From Rhina ancylostomus (Eukaryota), in NCBI GenBank assembly GCA_030265395.1, contig JARFYF010000074.1, positions 36,311,131 through 36,375,130 of the forward strand: a DNA stretch of 64,000 nt, in the 5' to 3' direction. Within the stretch, counting starts at the first letter, position 1; each line of letters starts with the position of its first letter. Of the stretch, positions 38,701 through 51,420 are shown piece by piece. The notes beneath the pieces were generated by a model. That model saw nothing but the letters and a program-made list of their open reading frames with translations. It searched no databases and was not told the DNA's origin. The translations under genes were made by a program, and so were the position numbers.

Positions 38701-41012
38701 CACATTGCTAGTATTTAAAACAAAAAAAGGATCCCTTTTTACGTTCAGTTTTATCACCAGAAACCAGCCTGTGGCCATATCTCACTGGTGCATGTTACAA
38801 GCTGAAAAGTAGAATATGAGAATAGCCAATGAACACTGTTTAAAAAAACTAATTCTTTTAACCTTAAGAAAATTCCCCTTTTCTTCAAAAAAATTCTCTA
38901 TTTTCAACATAGCCTTGATATTTTCCTGTATGAATTACAAGAACACTCCCAGTGTCTGGTGTCCTCCCTTATTCCAATGTGTGCCACATCTCTTCGATAT
39001 GGCATCCCATCATTTTGTTTGCATTTCCCTTTCCATCACATTTGGTGAAAATAAATTTACCATTTGAGATATTATTTTTCTGTTTACATTCTGTTCACAT
39101 TTCATTGCTGTATTTTGTGAACAATGTTTTAGATAGATTCTACTAGATTTGACAAAGTTATTGCAGGATTAATATGAGGAAGGAGGCAAAGTACACTTAT
39201 GACCAAGATTGTAAATACGTGTTGCAATTTTGTAAAGTATTGCACATTGTGGTACACTGAACTTTGAGCTTATTTGTAGTCTAGAGACCAAGGTTCCTCA
39301 CAGTATTACTCAACTATTTAATGTGGCTAAAATTCATGTTAGGTTCTTAAGTTGCAATTGATTACTGGAAGATTTGTGCTATTAAGCAACAAATGTGGTT
39401 GCTTAATATAAGCAATAAATTTTCAAATGTGGAATAGATTNNNNNNNNNNNNNNNNNNNNNNNNNNNNNNNNNNNNNNNNNNNNNNNNNNNNNNNNNNNN
39501 NNNNNNNNNNNNNNNNNNNNNNNNNNNNNNNNNNNNNNNNGAATAGATTAGTTGAAAAAGATAACTTTGTTCTTCAAAAATAACTGCACAGATCTGTACA
39601 AATTTCAGATTATCTCAAGTTTTTCCAGTAACCAAATATAGTTTTAAACCTTGAACAGTTTCTGAACATCACAGTATTATTTATTATAGTAGGTAGTTTC
39701 TCAACAAACATTCCTCAAACAAAATGTTCAGATTTTAATTATGGTGGAAATATTTGCTCTTGGATTTATAGATATTCACACTATAATTTATCAGGAATGA
39801 AACTTATTCATAGCTCATTGTTCATATACCAACTCCGCCCTCCACATCCACCCAGAATTTATCAAGTTAAAGGTAAATTAAAAAGTACTTGCATTTACGT
39901 AAACTCTTTTAACTTGTTTTAGTCTTTATGATTCACAATCAGCATTAAAAATCATTACATTCTGGATATTTTGATTCTTACGCTCAAAGCAAAAGATTCC
40001 TTCCACAGGCAAATCCTTGATCGTGTGAGCTGAACTGGGATCTTCTGAGATCACCAGGTAAACAATGAACCCCTTCCCTTGGTAAACATTGGAGACAGAT
40101 GGATTGTCACTACACACTCCTGATATTTCTGAAATACTGGAAAATAAATTGGAGTTTATTGAAACAAATAATGTGGGTGGAAAAATTAATACAGCCTTGC
40201 AGTTCTTGACCTATTTTGTTCCCTGAAAGTAATTTTCAAATAATGTTTTAAAATCACTTTATCCTCTCGTTCTTTGGCTACAAAACTTTTTATTGAGGAA
40301 GGCACCCCATGGAGTTCTCCTTTTGCTTCCAGCCCATATATTGACTAAGCTGGGTTTACATGCTATGCTTCCTTTTGATTCAGATTGGGACAGAAGGAGA
40401 TGGACACTTAAACATGCCTAATTAATTAAAGTTAATCTATCAGGAAAGACTTAAATCAGGATTCCTCAGGACTTGATTCCACCGGTGACTTGATTCCATA
40501 AAGCAGGACAGCTGAAAATACCTATCTGTCCAATCTTCCAAATTTGTTGTTTATAAGACAACATCTGTGGAAAGAGAAACAAAGTTGACATTTCTGGTCA
40601 CAGACCTGTTGTCTGTGGTTTGTGACACACAATATTGCTTTCACTGATTTAATGCCCTGTTTATATTGTGGAACCATTTCAAGTGGAAATGGTTTCCCAG
40701 TGTGGGTGGACTATTAATAATCTGAACTTGCGCTGTTTGCGTTACGTAGTTGAATTTGACAACTGGTGGCAATATTAAAATAATGATGTGCAGTGATGTG
40801 AAAGGAAGGACAGCACAGAGCAACCATCTGAAAATTGGATTACTGGTTCAATTTGGCAGTCTCAATGCTCGATTATTCTGTGACCAGAATATATTGACAG
40901 CTGCCATTTTGTGAACCTTCAGTGATGGAAATTTGCATCTGCTAATGTAGCACTTTTCCTGGGAGCAAAAAATAATGCTATGAGATAATGCTCTTTGCTT
41001 CCACAAATGTGT

Positions 41013-44000
41013 ATAGAACGTAGAACAGTATAGAGCTAGACAGGCCAGTCGGCCCATGATGTTGTGCTGATCTTGATGCCAATTTATACTAAATGCATCA
41101 TACATATCCCTCCATCCTATTCATGTGTCTATCTAAAAGCCTTTTAAACTCCACTAAACTGTGTACTTCCACCTCTACCCCTGGTAACCCATTCCATCTA
41201 CCACTCTCTGCACAAAAATGTTGCCCCTCACGTCATCTCTACTCTTCCCCTCCCTAACGTTAAAAGTATGTCCTCTGGTGTTTGGCATCTCTACCCTGGG
41301 GAACAGATTCTGACTGTCTATACCTCTCATAATTTTAAAAACCTCTATCATGTCTCCCCTCAGTCTGCAGTGCTCTCGGGAAAACAACCCAAGTTGTCCA
41401 ACCTTTCCTTGTAGCTCATACCCTCTAATCCAGGAAGCATCCTGGTAAACTTCTTCTGCACTCTTTCCACAGTCTCCACATCCTTCCTATAATGGGGTGA
41501 CCAGAACTGCACACAATACTCCAAGTGTGATCTGACTAAAGTTTTATAGAACTGCGGCATGACTTCCATACTCTTATACTCATCATGCCTACCAATGAAA
41601 GCAAGCAAGCCATACACTTACTTTACCATCTTATCCACTTGTGTAGACACTTTCAGTGAACAATAGACTTGGACCCCAAGATCCCTCTGTACCTCAATGC
41701 TATTAAGGGGCCTACCATTAGCTGTGTACTTTCTCCTTTCATTTGACCTCTCAAAGTGCAACACCTCACTGATTAAACTCCATCTGCCACTTCTCTGCCC
41801 ATATCTGTTACTGATCTATATCCTACCGTATTGTTTGATAGTCCTTTATAATCACAACCCCACCAATCTTGGTGTCATCCACAAACTTGCTAACCCATCC
41901 ATCTATATTTTCACCCAAGTCATTGATATATATATACANNNNNNNNNNNNNNNNNNNNNNNNNNNNNNNNNNNNNNNNNNNNNNNNNNNNNNNNNNNNNN
42001 NNNNNNNNNNNNNNNNNNNNNNNNNNNNNNNNNNNNNNNNNNNNNNNNNNNNNNNNNNNNNNNNNNNNNNNNNNNNNNNNNNNNNNNNNNNNNNNNNNNN
42101 NNNNNNNNNNNNNNNNNNNNNNNNNNNNNNNNNNNNNNNNNNNNNNNNNNNNNNNNNNNNNNNNNNNNNNNNNNNNNNNNNNNNNNNNNNNNNNNNNNNN
42201 NNNNNNNNNNNNNNNNNNNNNNNNNNNNNNNNNNNNNNNNNNNNNNNNNNNNNNNNNNNNNNNNNNNNNNNNNNNNNNNNNNNNNNNNNNNNNNNNNNNN
42301 NNNNNNNNNNNNNNNNNNNNNNNNNNNNNNNNNNNNNNNNNNNNNNNNNNNNNNNNNNNNNNNNNNNNNNNNNNNNNNNNNNNNNNNNNNNNNNNNNNNN
42401 NNNNNNNNNNNNNNNNNNNNNNNNNNNNNNNNNNNNNNNNNNNNNNNNNNNNNNNNNNNNNNNNNNNNNNNNNNNNNNNNNNNNNNNNNNNNNNNNNNNN
42501 NNNNNNNNNNNNNNNNNNNNNNNNNNNNNNNNNNNNNNNNNNNNNNNNNNNNNNNNNNNNNNNNNNNNNNNNNNNNNNNNNNNNNNNNNNNNNNNNNNNN
42601 NNNNNNNNNNNNNNNNNNNNNNNNNNNNNNNNNNNNNNNNNNNNNNNNNNNNNNNNNNNNNNNNNNNNNNNNNNNNNNNNNNNNNNNNNNNNNNNNNNNN
42701 NNNNNNNNNNNNNNNNNNNNNNNNNNNNNNNNNNNNNNNNNNNNNNNNNNNNNNNNNNNNNNNNNNNNNNNNNNNNNNNNNNNNNNNNNNNNNNNNNNNN
42801 NNNNNNNNNNNNNNNNNNNNNNNNNNNNNNNNNNNNNNNNNNNNNNNNNNNNNNNNTATCTTTATATTCCGCAAGGACTCAGTCTGATCTTAGCTTCCTA
42901 AATCCTACATATGCTTCTTTTTACTTCCTGACTAAATTTAGGACCTCTTGGCCCATCCAAAGTTCCCTTGTCCTTATTCCTTACCAGAACATGCCAATCC
43001 TGAACTCTGATCAGCTGGTTTTTAAGCAACTCCTATATGTCGGATGTGGACTTATCCAACAGCAGCTGCTCCCAATCAGCACCCCCTAGCTCCTGTCTTA
43101 TCCTGTCATAATTTGCCCTCCCCCAATTTAGTACCTCACTGTAAGATCCAATGTTGTCCTTACTCATAATTATTTTAAAACATAATGAGTTGTGATCACT
43201 GTTTTGAAAATGTCCACCCACTATCAGTTCTGTCACCTGGCCTGGCTCATTTCCCAAAATTAGGTCCAATATGTTCTCTCCTCTAGTTGGACTCTCCACG
43301 TACTGTTTCAAGAACCCCTCTTGGATGCACTGAATAAATCCTGCCCCACCTAAGCTTCTTGTATTAAGGAAGTAACAATCAAAACTGGGGAAGTTAAAGT
43401 CCCTCACTATGACAACTCTGTTCTTTCTGTACCTTTCTTAATCTGTCTACATATCTGTTCCTCCACCTCTCGGTGGCTATTGGGGTGGGGGTGGGGGGGC
43501 TATAGTATAATCCTATCAGCATAATTGCACCTTTTGTATTTCTGAGCTCCACCCAAATTGCCTCCAGTATGTCCTCTCCGAGTACTGCTGGACATTCTCC
43601 CTTATCAGGAGTGCAAGCCCTCCACCTCTTTTACCCTCCTCTCTATCACATCTAAAACAACGAAATCCAGGAAAGTTGAGCTGCCAGTCCCAATCCTCAC
43701 GGAACCAGGTCCCTGTAATGACAACAAAATCATAACTCCATGTACTGATCCAACCTCAAAATTCATCCTCCTTACCCATAATACTCCCAGTATTCATCCC
43801 ATCAGTCACAGAAGGTTTATTAGTCTGTTCCTTACTTCCTTCCGTTCAGTCTTACTTTCCACACCATCTTTCTTGCCCTCAACCGTACCACCTGTTACCC
43901 TGCTGCTGTGGTTCCCATCCCCCTGCCACTCTAGTTTAAACCTGAGTAGTACTAGCAAACCTCCTGGAGAGGATATTGGTTCCCCTCCAGTTCAGATGCA

Positions 44001-44362
44001 AGCAGTCTTGTTTGTACAGGTCCCACCTGCCCTGGAGGAGAGCCATAAGTCCATAAATCTGAAGCCCTCCCACCTGCACTAGCTCTTTAGCCATGTATTG
44101 AACTGCACTATGTATCTATTTCTCACCTTGCTGGCATGTGGCATGGGTAATAATCCTGAGAATACAACCCTGGAGGTCCTGCTTTTTAACTTTCTACCTA
44201 GCTCCCTAAAATCACTTTGCAGGACCTCATCCCTGATCTTGCCTATGTATCATGACCTATGGCTGCTTACCCTTCCCTCTCAGAATGTCCTGTGCCCACT
44301 GTGAGACATTCTTAACCCTGGCACTAGGGAGACAAACACCATTCTGGAGCCTCGTATGCTGC
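41013..44362 (-). mobile_element. Long CR1 LINE: partial ORF1 esterase, APE endonuclease, RT and 3' tail (disrupted, with a 918-N gap)
   Basis: ORF1-like SRMV..LPSARVKNVS...QDILRG.G.QP near 44250-44355. APE motifs DFNFP, PTRGENILDLILGNEP and SDHN. RT C-terminus LVRSHLEYCVQFWSPHYRKD and RLRGDMIEVFKIMRG. Tail TTCTACGTTCTAT. Confidence 0.92.
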
Positions 44363-44714
44363 CTTATAATAAAAATGAGGTATAAGTAAATAATATTCAG
44401 ACAACCTAGAACTCTATTGAATATTGTTTACTGGTCAGGGAATTCAATCATTCAAGATTAATTGATCGACCCCCAAACTGTTCGTTAATATAAATATCAA
44501 AATATTAGATAAGGATACTGCAAATGTGTTGTAAAACCATCTGGGTGGCTTTATATTCTAAGCTGTGATATAAAATAGGTTCATTTAATTAAAGCAATTG
44601 GATTATAATGTAGAAGGCCCAAAGAGGATTATGTCAAACCAAGCTACAAAATATTTCGTATTCAATATAATGGAAGAACTTGACACAGGTGAAGGGAAAT
44701 CTTATGAAAATCAA

Positions 44715-44843
44715 AATAAACTGCAAACGTTGGTAATCTAAAATAAGAACAAAAAATTTCTGGAAACACTCAGCAAGTCAGGCAGCATCTCTGGAAAGAG
44801 AAACAGAATTAACATTTCATGTCAAAGACCTTTCATCAGAAGG
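44715..44843 (-). mobile_element. Solo Penelope-type terminal repeat
   Basis: AAACTGCAAACGTTGG..CTGGAAACACTCAGCAAGTCAGGCAGCATCTCTGGAAAGAGAAACAGAATTAACATTTCATGTCAAAGACCTTTCATCAGAA. Confidence 0.85.
44807..44843 (-). ncRNA. Minimal type I hammerhead ribozyme motif with intact core boxes
   Basis: The minus strand reads CCTT-CTGATGA-AAGGTCTTTGACAT-GAAA-TGTT-AATT. Stem II AGGTC/GACAT has one mismatch and stem I is only 2 bp. Activity is untested. Confidence 0.6.
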
Positions 44844-45339
44844 GTCATATTATTCTTGACTCAAGTTGTAATAGAAAAAAAACTCACTTAAAGCTCACAA
44901 TTTTTTCAGTATATTAACTTGAAATTAGATGTCAGAAGTCCAAGAATATTTGTGTAAGTGGCTTTCCAACTGACCTCCAATCCTAGAGGACTTGAAGTTT
45001 TATCTTTTGCAAATTTGATTATATTCATGCATGTCAGTAAAGAGTTTTATATTGGCAAAGCATCAATGGATGATTTGTCTGTTGATAGTAGTTTCTATAT
45101 ATGTGTGTCTTTAATAAGCAATAAAGGTTAGTGAGAATAAGCAATGATTTCTGGTTGGTATGGTCTTGTTCATGCCAGGTTCTTGCATCGTTCTGCACTG
45201 TAAATCCATATTGAAAACCAGGTTGCATCATTTCAAGCTGGATGATGTTCTTAATGAAGAGGAGGCATCTGATGTATCACCTTTTTTGTACATTTTGCAA
45301 CTGTGTTATGGAATGTTTATGGAATTAAAACTCACTATG

Positions 45340-45620
45340 TAATCAGAATCATCCTTCTGATTATTTTGCTAAATACTTTAAATTTGTGCCCTGTGTTTAC
45401 CAACTTTTTTGCCATTAGGGTTCATTTGGTCTCCTAAAGCCCTTCAAATTTTGAACACCTTTATCAAATCTGCCCTTAACCTTCCCTATTCTTCTCTAAA
45501 AACTGACCTAGCTTTTTCAGCATGTGCATGTGAGTAAAGTCTTTATGTTCATGGTTCCTTTCTAGTAAATTACTTCTGCATTCTTTCTAAAACTTTGGCA
45601 TTGTCCTTAAAGTGCATTGC
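45340..45620 (-). mobile_element. Old CR1 3' fragment
   Basis: TTTTGAACACCTTTATCAAATCTGCCCTTAACCTT reads RLRADLIKVFK on the minus strand. Confidence 0.65.
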
Positions 45621-45959
45621 CTCCACGTGAATGTGGGGAGAATAAAAATGGATTAATGTAAGATTAGTGTAAATGGGTGACCAGTGGCCGACGCGGACTC
45701 AGTGGGCCTGTTTCTGTGCTGTATTGCTCTATGACTTTATTTATTCCAGTTGCTCACTGCTGTTGTCCTCTCAAATCAACAGAAATACTGTTCCTGCACC
45801 AGGTCACTAGTGCAGATTCCCAGTCATAAGTGGTGGGAAATTACTGCTACTTTGAACTCCTTTGTTGCACTGCATGAGCAATTGACGGTTGGAATTCAGA
45901 CAGGAAAACATCCACAATGATTTGAAATCCAACTTTATAACGTTTGCGTTCCTGCAGTT

Positions 45960-46260
45960 TATAAGATAAGGTATCTATTAGCCACATGTGCATTGAAACA
46001 CACAGTGAAATGCATCTTTTGCGTAGAGTGTTCTGGGGGCAGCCTGCAAGTGTCGCCACACTTCCAGCACCAACATAGCATGCCCACAACTNNNNNNNNN
46101 NNNNNNNNNNNNNNATATGGGAGGAAACCAGAGCACCCGGAGGAAACCCACGCAAACACGGGGAGAACATACAAACTCCTTACAGACAGTGGCCGGAATT
46201 GAACCCGGGTCGCTGGCACTGTAAACCATTACGCTAACCACTACACTACCATGCCTGCCC
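45960..46260 (-). mobile_element. Young tRNA-derived V-SINE with intact Pol III boxes
   Basis: On the minus strand: A box TAGTGTAGTGG, B box GGTTCAATTCC, V-domain GGAGTTTGTATGTTCTCCCCGTG..TGGGTTTCCTCCGGGTGCTC, and tail CTTATCTTAT. Confidence 0.92.
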
Positions 46261-48551
46261 ATTGTGGCAACGTTGGATATGCTGCCACTTCCTCAGTCAC
46301 ATCAGCGAATGCCAACAGTTCTGCTGAGATTGTTAAATATTTTCCATTGTATCTAATACGTGCCTCATGCAGATCCAGCTCATTGGCTAAAAGACATGGA
46401 ACCCAGTTTATGACATTCTCCTCACAGAAGCTGGGCAACACAGGGTGGGAGAATGTCACCAGGACTCACTCTCACCAACTGTACAGTTTGTGTAGAACAT
46501 CCTCCCTTCTTCACTGTCAACTGTAAACAACAAGAGTTTGAGGAAGAAGAAATTTGCTAATGTAAATTAGTACTTGATAGAGCTAAAACTTGCATCTGGA
46601 CCTGGTTCAGCCCTTCATGACAGCAAGGCCCTGTAAAATCATATCCATTTNNNNNNNNNNNNNNNNNNNNNNNNNNNNNNNNNNNNNNNNNNNNNNNNNN
46701 NNNNNNNNNNNNNNNNNNNNNNNNNNNNNNNNNNNNNNNNNNNNNNNNNNNNNNNNNNNNNNNNNNNNNNNNNNNNNNNNNNNNNNNNNNNNNNNNNNNN
46801 NNNNNNNNNNNNNNNNNNNNNNNNNNNNNCTAAAGGAAACCACTGCATTCTTCCCTCCAGTTTCAAAAACAACTTGCCAATTAGAGTCTCTTAGCCACTT
46901 TCTATCCATATTAACTGTGGTGCTTTAATCTCACAATCTTCAATTCTGCTAACAAGTTTATAATGTTGAACCTACTAAACCCAATATTTAGTTATATGTT
47001 CACAACATCAGTTGCAATACTTTATCCATCATTTCTGTGACTTTGTCAAAGAACTCAAACAAATCAATAAAACACAATTTGTAACAATTCTCTGCTGGCT
47101 TCCATCATTCGACCAATAATTTTCCAAGCACCATTTAATTTAGTTCAAAATTAATGTCCCTAAAATTTTTCCTGCCCCAAATGTTTAGTTATTAGCCTAA
47201 TAGGTGAATTGGCTCGCTATCTATTTTAGAGCAGTGGTACAAACTGGGCAGTTCTTTGGTTGTCAATTGATGCCTTCTAATTTGGAGGCAAGCATACTAC
47301 ATTGCAGTCACAATTGGAACAAGAGGAAAGAGGAGAGCAATTACTAGCATAGCAGTAGACTTCATCACAAGGGCTGAAGGACAATACATGAAAAGACTGA
47401 GGGTGTTGAGGATGCTGCAGCTGACCTGTATTGACTTCTCTGTGAAGATTTCTGTGGGCAATAAATTATTTCCAATATGACTGCAGTGAGGAAGTGAATT
47501 GGCAATTAGTGAGGAAGACTGCAAAAGACTTCAAGAAGATATAGACAGGCTAAAGGAACAGGCAGTCAGTTGAAACGTGCTATTTAATGTGGTCGTAATA
47601 CATTTTACAAGGTGTGCACAGAAGGGGAATTGGTAAAAAGCTGCTGAAAGTTGAGAAGAAACTGGTTTTATTGATTGCAAATATCACAGGTTGAATCATT
47701 AGTTATGGCACAGAAGGAGACCATTTGGCCCATTGATTTCATGCCAGCTCTGTGCAAGGAAAAAATAGTTGGTCCCATTTCACTGCCATCCCCCTCATAC
47801 CATAATGCAACAGATTTTTTTAGTTTCAAGTATTTAGGTAAGTAGACTTTTTTTTTGGGGGGGGGAGGAGTGGCCAATACCACTATAGATTTCATAAATG
47901 GGGTCATAAAATAAAAGCATTGTGAGGTTATAAAAATTGTATGAAAGTTGCATGTAATGTAGGTTAAGCAGCAGCTGGAACATTGAGTTGAGTTTGGGAC
48001 ACAACATTATAATTGTAGTATTAAAACCCATTTAGCTTATATTCTCTAGAATATTAGTCATAGTTGTCTGTTACTGTTTCCACAGGAACAAAGGGGCAAA
48101 ACAGTTTAAAAAATTTCTTAAAATCTCAGATGCTTAGAAACTCATTCTGTGTCAGTAGTGCATTGACTCTTTCTCTGCAATTTTGTTCCTTTATCTTCAG
48201 TGGAACCTAATTTTTAAACACCAGGTATGAATTTCTAATTGGAACTGTTATAATAATTTGAATAGGGAAAATCTTTTTAGGGAGACATTAACGTATTCAT
48301 TAGGAGTTTATGTTAAATTTCTTCAGGTCACAAATTGTTGGAATGTTGAAAGCTTTGCCACAACAAGTTGAGACAGAAGCCATTGTGCCTCTCAAGAGAA
48401 ATTTGAATGAATATTTGAAGCAGTGGCAGATCCATACAGAAGGACTAAAATNNNNNNNNNNNNNNNNNNNNNNNNNNNNNNNNNNNNNNNNNNNNNNNNN
48501 NNNNNNNNNNNNNNNNNNNNNNNNNNNNNNNNNNNNNNNNNNNNNNNNNNN

Positions 48552-48715
48552 ACAGTGCTATGAAAAGCTTACTCGCATTCACAAGAAAAACACAAATTAA
48601 ACACAATTTTTACAAGAAAGAATACAACTAAAACAAAAAAAAGTCAATTTTAGTGCAAAGTGATCAAAGTGGTCATAGTGTTGCAAAACTGTAGTGAATA
48701 GGGTTTTGCTGGTTG
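48552..48715 (-). mobile_element. Rex1/Babar-like 3' UTR fragment
   Basis: It is the reverse complement of the UTR at about 50670-50850 (CAACCAGCA.AACCCTA..ACTACAGT..GCAACACTATGACCA). Confidence 0.75.
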
Positions 48716-49082
48716 TTTCTCCCCTCTCACCTTAAACCCATGCTCTCTAGTTCTTGATTCTCCAACCCTGGGGAAAATTCACGCTATCTATGCCCCTCAT
48801 GATTTTATACACCTCTATAGGATCACCAGTCATTTCCAATGAAAAAGGTCCCAACCTGCTCAACCTCTTTCCACAATTTAGTTCTTCAAGTCCTGGCAAG
48901 ATCCTCATAAATCTACTCTTTCCAGCTTAATGGCATCTTTCCTGCAGCAGAGTGACCAAAACTGAACATAATTTTCCAAATGCGGCCTCACCAACGTCTT
49001 ATACAACTGTAGCATAACATCCCAACTTCTATACTCAATGTCCTGACTGATGAAGTCCAACGTGCCAAAAGCCTTCTTCACT
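48716..49082 (-). mobile_element. CR1 ORF2 C-terminal fragment
   Basis: Encodes KKAFGTLDFISQDIEYRSWDVMLQLYKTLVRPHLENYVQFWS. Confidence 0.9.
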
Positions 49083-49094
49083 GAGATTGTCATA

Positions 49095-49795
49095 CAAAGA
49101 GACTTTGAGCAAACTTGATCTATATTTTTTTGAATTTAGAAGAATAGGAGGTAATCTTACTGAAGCATAAAACTCCTGTGGGCCTTGACTGCAGGGATGA
49201 TGTTCCCTCTGTCTGGGAGTTCTAGAACCAGCCACAAATTAAAGGGTCAACTATTCAGGACAGAGATGAGGACAAATTTTTCACCCAGAGGATAGTCTAT
49301 GAAAATCTCTATCCAAAAGGGCTGTGGAGGCCGAATCACTATATTCTAGACAGAGATGTCATTAATTTCAAAAAGGTGCAGAAAAGATTCAGAAAGATGT
49401 TATCAGGACTGACGGGTTTGAGTTCTAAGGAGAGGCTGGATAGGCTGGGACTTTTATCCTTGGAGGGTCGGAGGTGACCCTCCGTAGATGATCACTGTCT
49501 TTTTCTCAGATGAGGTGAGTCTAAAACTAGTGGGCATAGATTGAAGGTGATAGGGCAAAAGTGTAAAAGGGATCTGAGGGGAAACTTTTACACAGAGGGT
49601 GGTGCATATGTGGAATGAGCTGTACAGGCAGGAACAATTACAATGTTTAGAAGATACTTGGACAAGTACATGGATAGAAAATGTTTAGAGTGATATGGGC
49701 CAAACACAGGCAAAGGGGTCCAGCTCAGATAGACATCTTGATCAGCATGGCTGAGTTGAGGCAAGGGGCCCATTTCCATATTATATAACTCCATG
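49095..49795 (+). mobile_element. Two adjacent CR1 3' fragments
   Basis: RRIGGNLTEA / RT..FTQR at 49095-49350, then KVQKRFRKMLSGL / TSGHRLKV / TQRVV.MWNEL and a 3' UTR at 49370-49795. Confidence 0.8.
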
Positions 49796-49799
49796 AGAT

Positions 49800-50232
49800 A
49801 AACGGATGCATCATGTCCTGGTATGGAAACTCCAATGCACAGGAACGCAAGAGGCTACAGAGAGTGGTGGGACTCAGCCAGTTGCATCACAGGTAAAGCT
49901 CTCCCCACCATCGAGGACATCTACAAGAGGTGATGTCTCAGGAAGGCGATATCCATCATTAAGGACCCCAACCATCCAGGCCATTGCTTTTCATTGTTGC
50001 CATCAGGCAGGTGGTATAGAAGCCTGAATACCCATAGCTCAAGGTTAAATGACAATTTCTTCCCCACTGCCATCAGGTTCTTGAACCTCAATTCTACTTC
50101 AATTCAGACTCTAATTTCTTCAACTTGCAATAATGTCATTATGTCTACTTTTGTTTGTTCAATAAGTTAATTTTCATGGGATTTATACCCTGGGTATGTA
50201 TGCCCATGACAATAAACTTGAACTTGACTTGA
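49800..50232 (+). mobile_element. Rex1/Babar LINE 3' fragment
   Basis: Encodes CIMSWYGNSNAQERKRLQRVV..IIKDPNHPGH..PSGR..FFPTAIRFLN. Tail GACAATAAACTTGAACTTGACTTGA. Confidence 0.8.
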
Positions 50233-50454
50233 GAATTTTTGATTAGGCAGAATTCTGACTTCAGACATAACCTTGCAAGTGGTAGCTTCTCACTATTGGT
50301 TCCTCAGCCAAGCACAAGCAGCAAACATTTGAACCTGCATCTCCTCTCGTACTGAGCAGGATTACTATTGCAACACATCATGAAGGGATCTGGGGTTAGT
50401 GCAGGAAACTGGTGCTGAGGTATGGGATCAATAAGATCTTATTGAATGGTGAAC

Positions 50455-50915
50455 CAAGCAGGAAGCTGCAGAGAGTAGTGGACTCAGCCCAATACATCAC
50501 GGGCATGTCCATCCTCACCATTAGTAGTACCTACAGCATCACCAAAGATCCCCACCATCCGGGCCATGCCATCTTCTCGCAGCTACCATTGGGCAGGAGG
50601 TACAGAAACCTGAAGTCCCACACCACCAGGTTCAGGAGCAGTTACTTCCCTTCAACAATTCGGTTCTTGAACCAACCAGCACAACCCTAATTACTACAGT
50701 TCAGCAACACTATGACCATTTTAATCCATTTGCGCTAAAATGGACTTGTTCTAATTGTGTTCTTTCTTATAAAAATTATACACAATTTTTGTTTAGTTTA
50801 TGTTTTTCTTTTGAATGCTGCTTATATGATGCTATGTACCTGTGAGTAGTTTTTCATTGCACCTGTGCATATACGTACTTGTGCATATGACAATAAACTC
50901 GACTTTTGACTTTGA
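50455..50915 (+). mobile_element. Rex1/Babar LINE 3' fragment
   Basis: Encodes RKLQRVVDSAQYITG..ITKDPHHPGHAIFSQLPLGRRYR..RFRSSYFPSTIRFLN. Tail GACAATAAACTCGACTTTTGACTTTGA. Confidence 0.85.
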
Positions 50916-51024
50916 TGTTCTATATGGCCAACATTCTTATGCTCTTCCTTTTTACACCATCGTTCCAGGACCACCAGTCAACAAAGTTACTTTCATTCAG
51001 GAGCATACTTTAGTGGAAGAAATA

Positions 51025-51420
51025 CAGTTGGCAGCTTGTGCACAGCAAGCTCCCATGAACACCAATATAACATTAACCAGATAATCAGTTCAAATGATAT
51101 TGACTTTAGGATAAATAGTTCCCCAGACTCCAATTATTCTCTGGTCTTCTTTGAAATAGCATTGTGAGACTGGCCTTCACATCTAACTGAAGGCAGCTTC
51201 AACAGTGCAGAACTGCTCCTCCAACACAGCAGCATTCCCTCAGTACTGTCCCAGCAACTGGGCTGCACTGCCCCCGCCAACAGTGCAGTATTCCTTAATA
51301 CTGAGGCCCTGAGAGAACAACATGTTCTGTCATAATTCCCACCCCCCACATAACAGGACAGTACTGTCTCAGCAGCGACCCTGCTCCCGACAGAGCAGCC
51401 CTCACTGAGAACAGCATTGA
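51025..51420 (-). mobile_element. Deu-domain SINE with a tandemly reiterated internal motif
   Basis: TGTGCACAGCAAGCTCCCA..ACCAGATAATC..GGATAAATA..TCTTCTTTGAAATAG, then repeated ACAGTGCAG / CCCTCAGTACTG variants at 51200-51420. Confidence 0.75.

Noticed and set aside
41697-43089. Long ORFs of 323-406 aa (also those at 59804-60723, 19338-19683 and 46590-46928)
   Set aside because: These are artefacts of translating through N runs.
46190-46260. tRNA-like sequence with A and B boxes
   Set aside because: It is the head of a V-SINE and continues directly into the V-domain, so it is not a tRNA gene.
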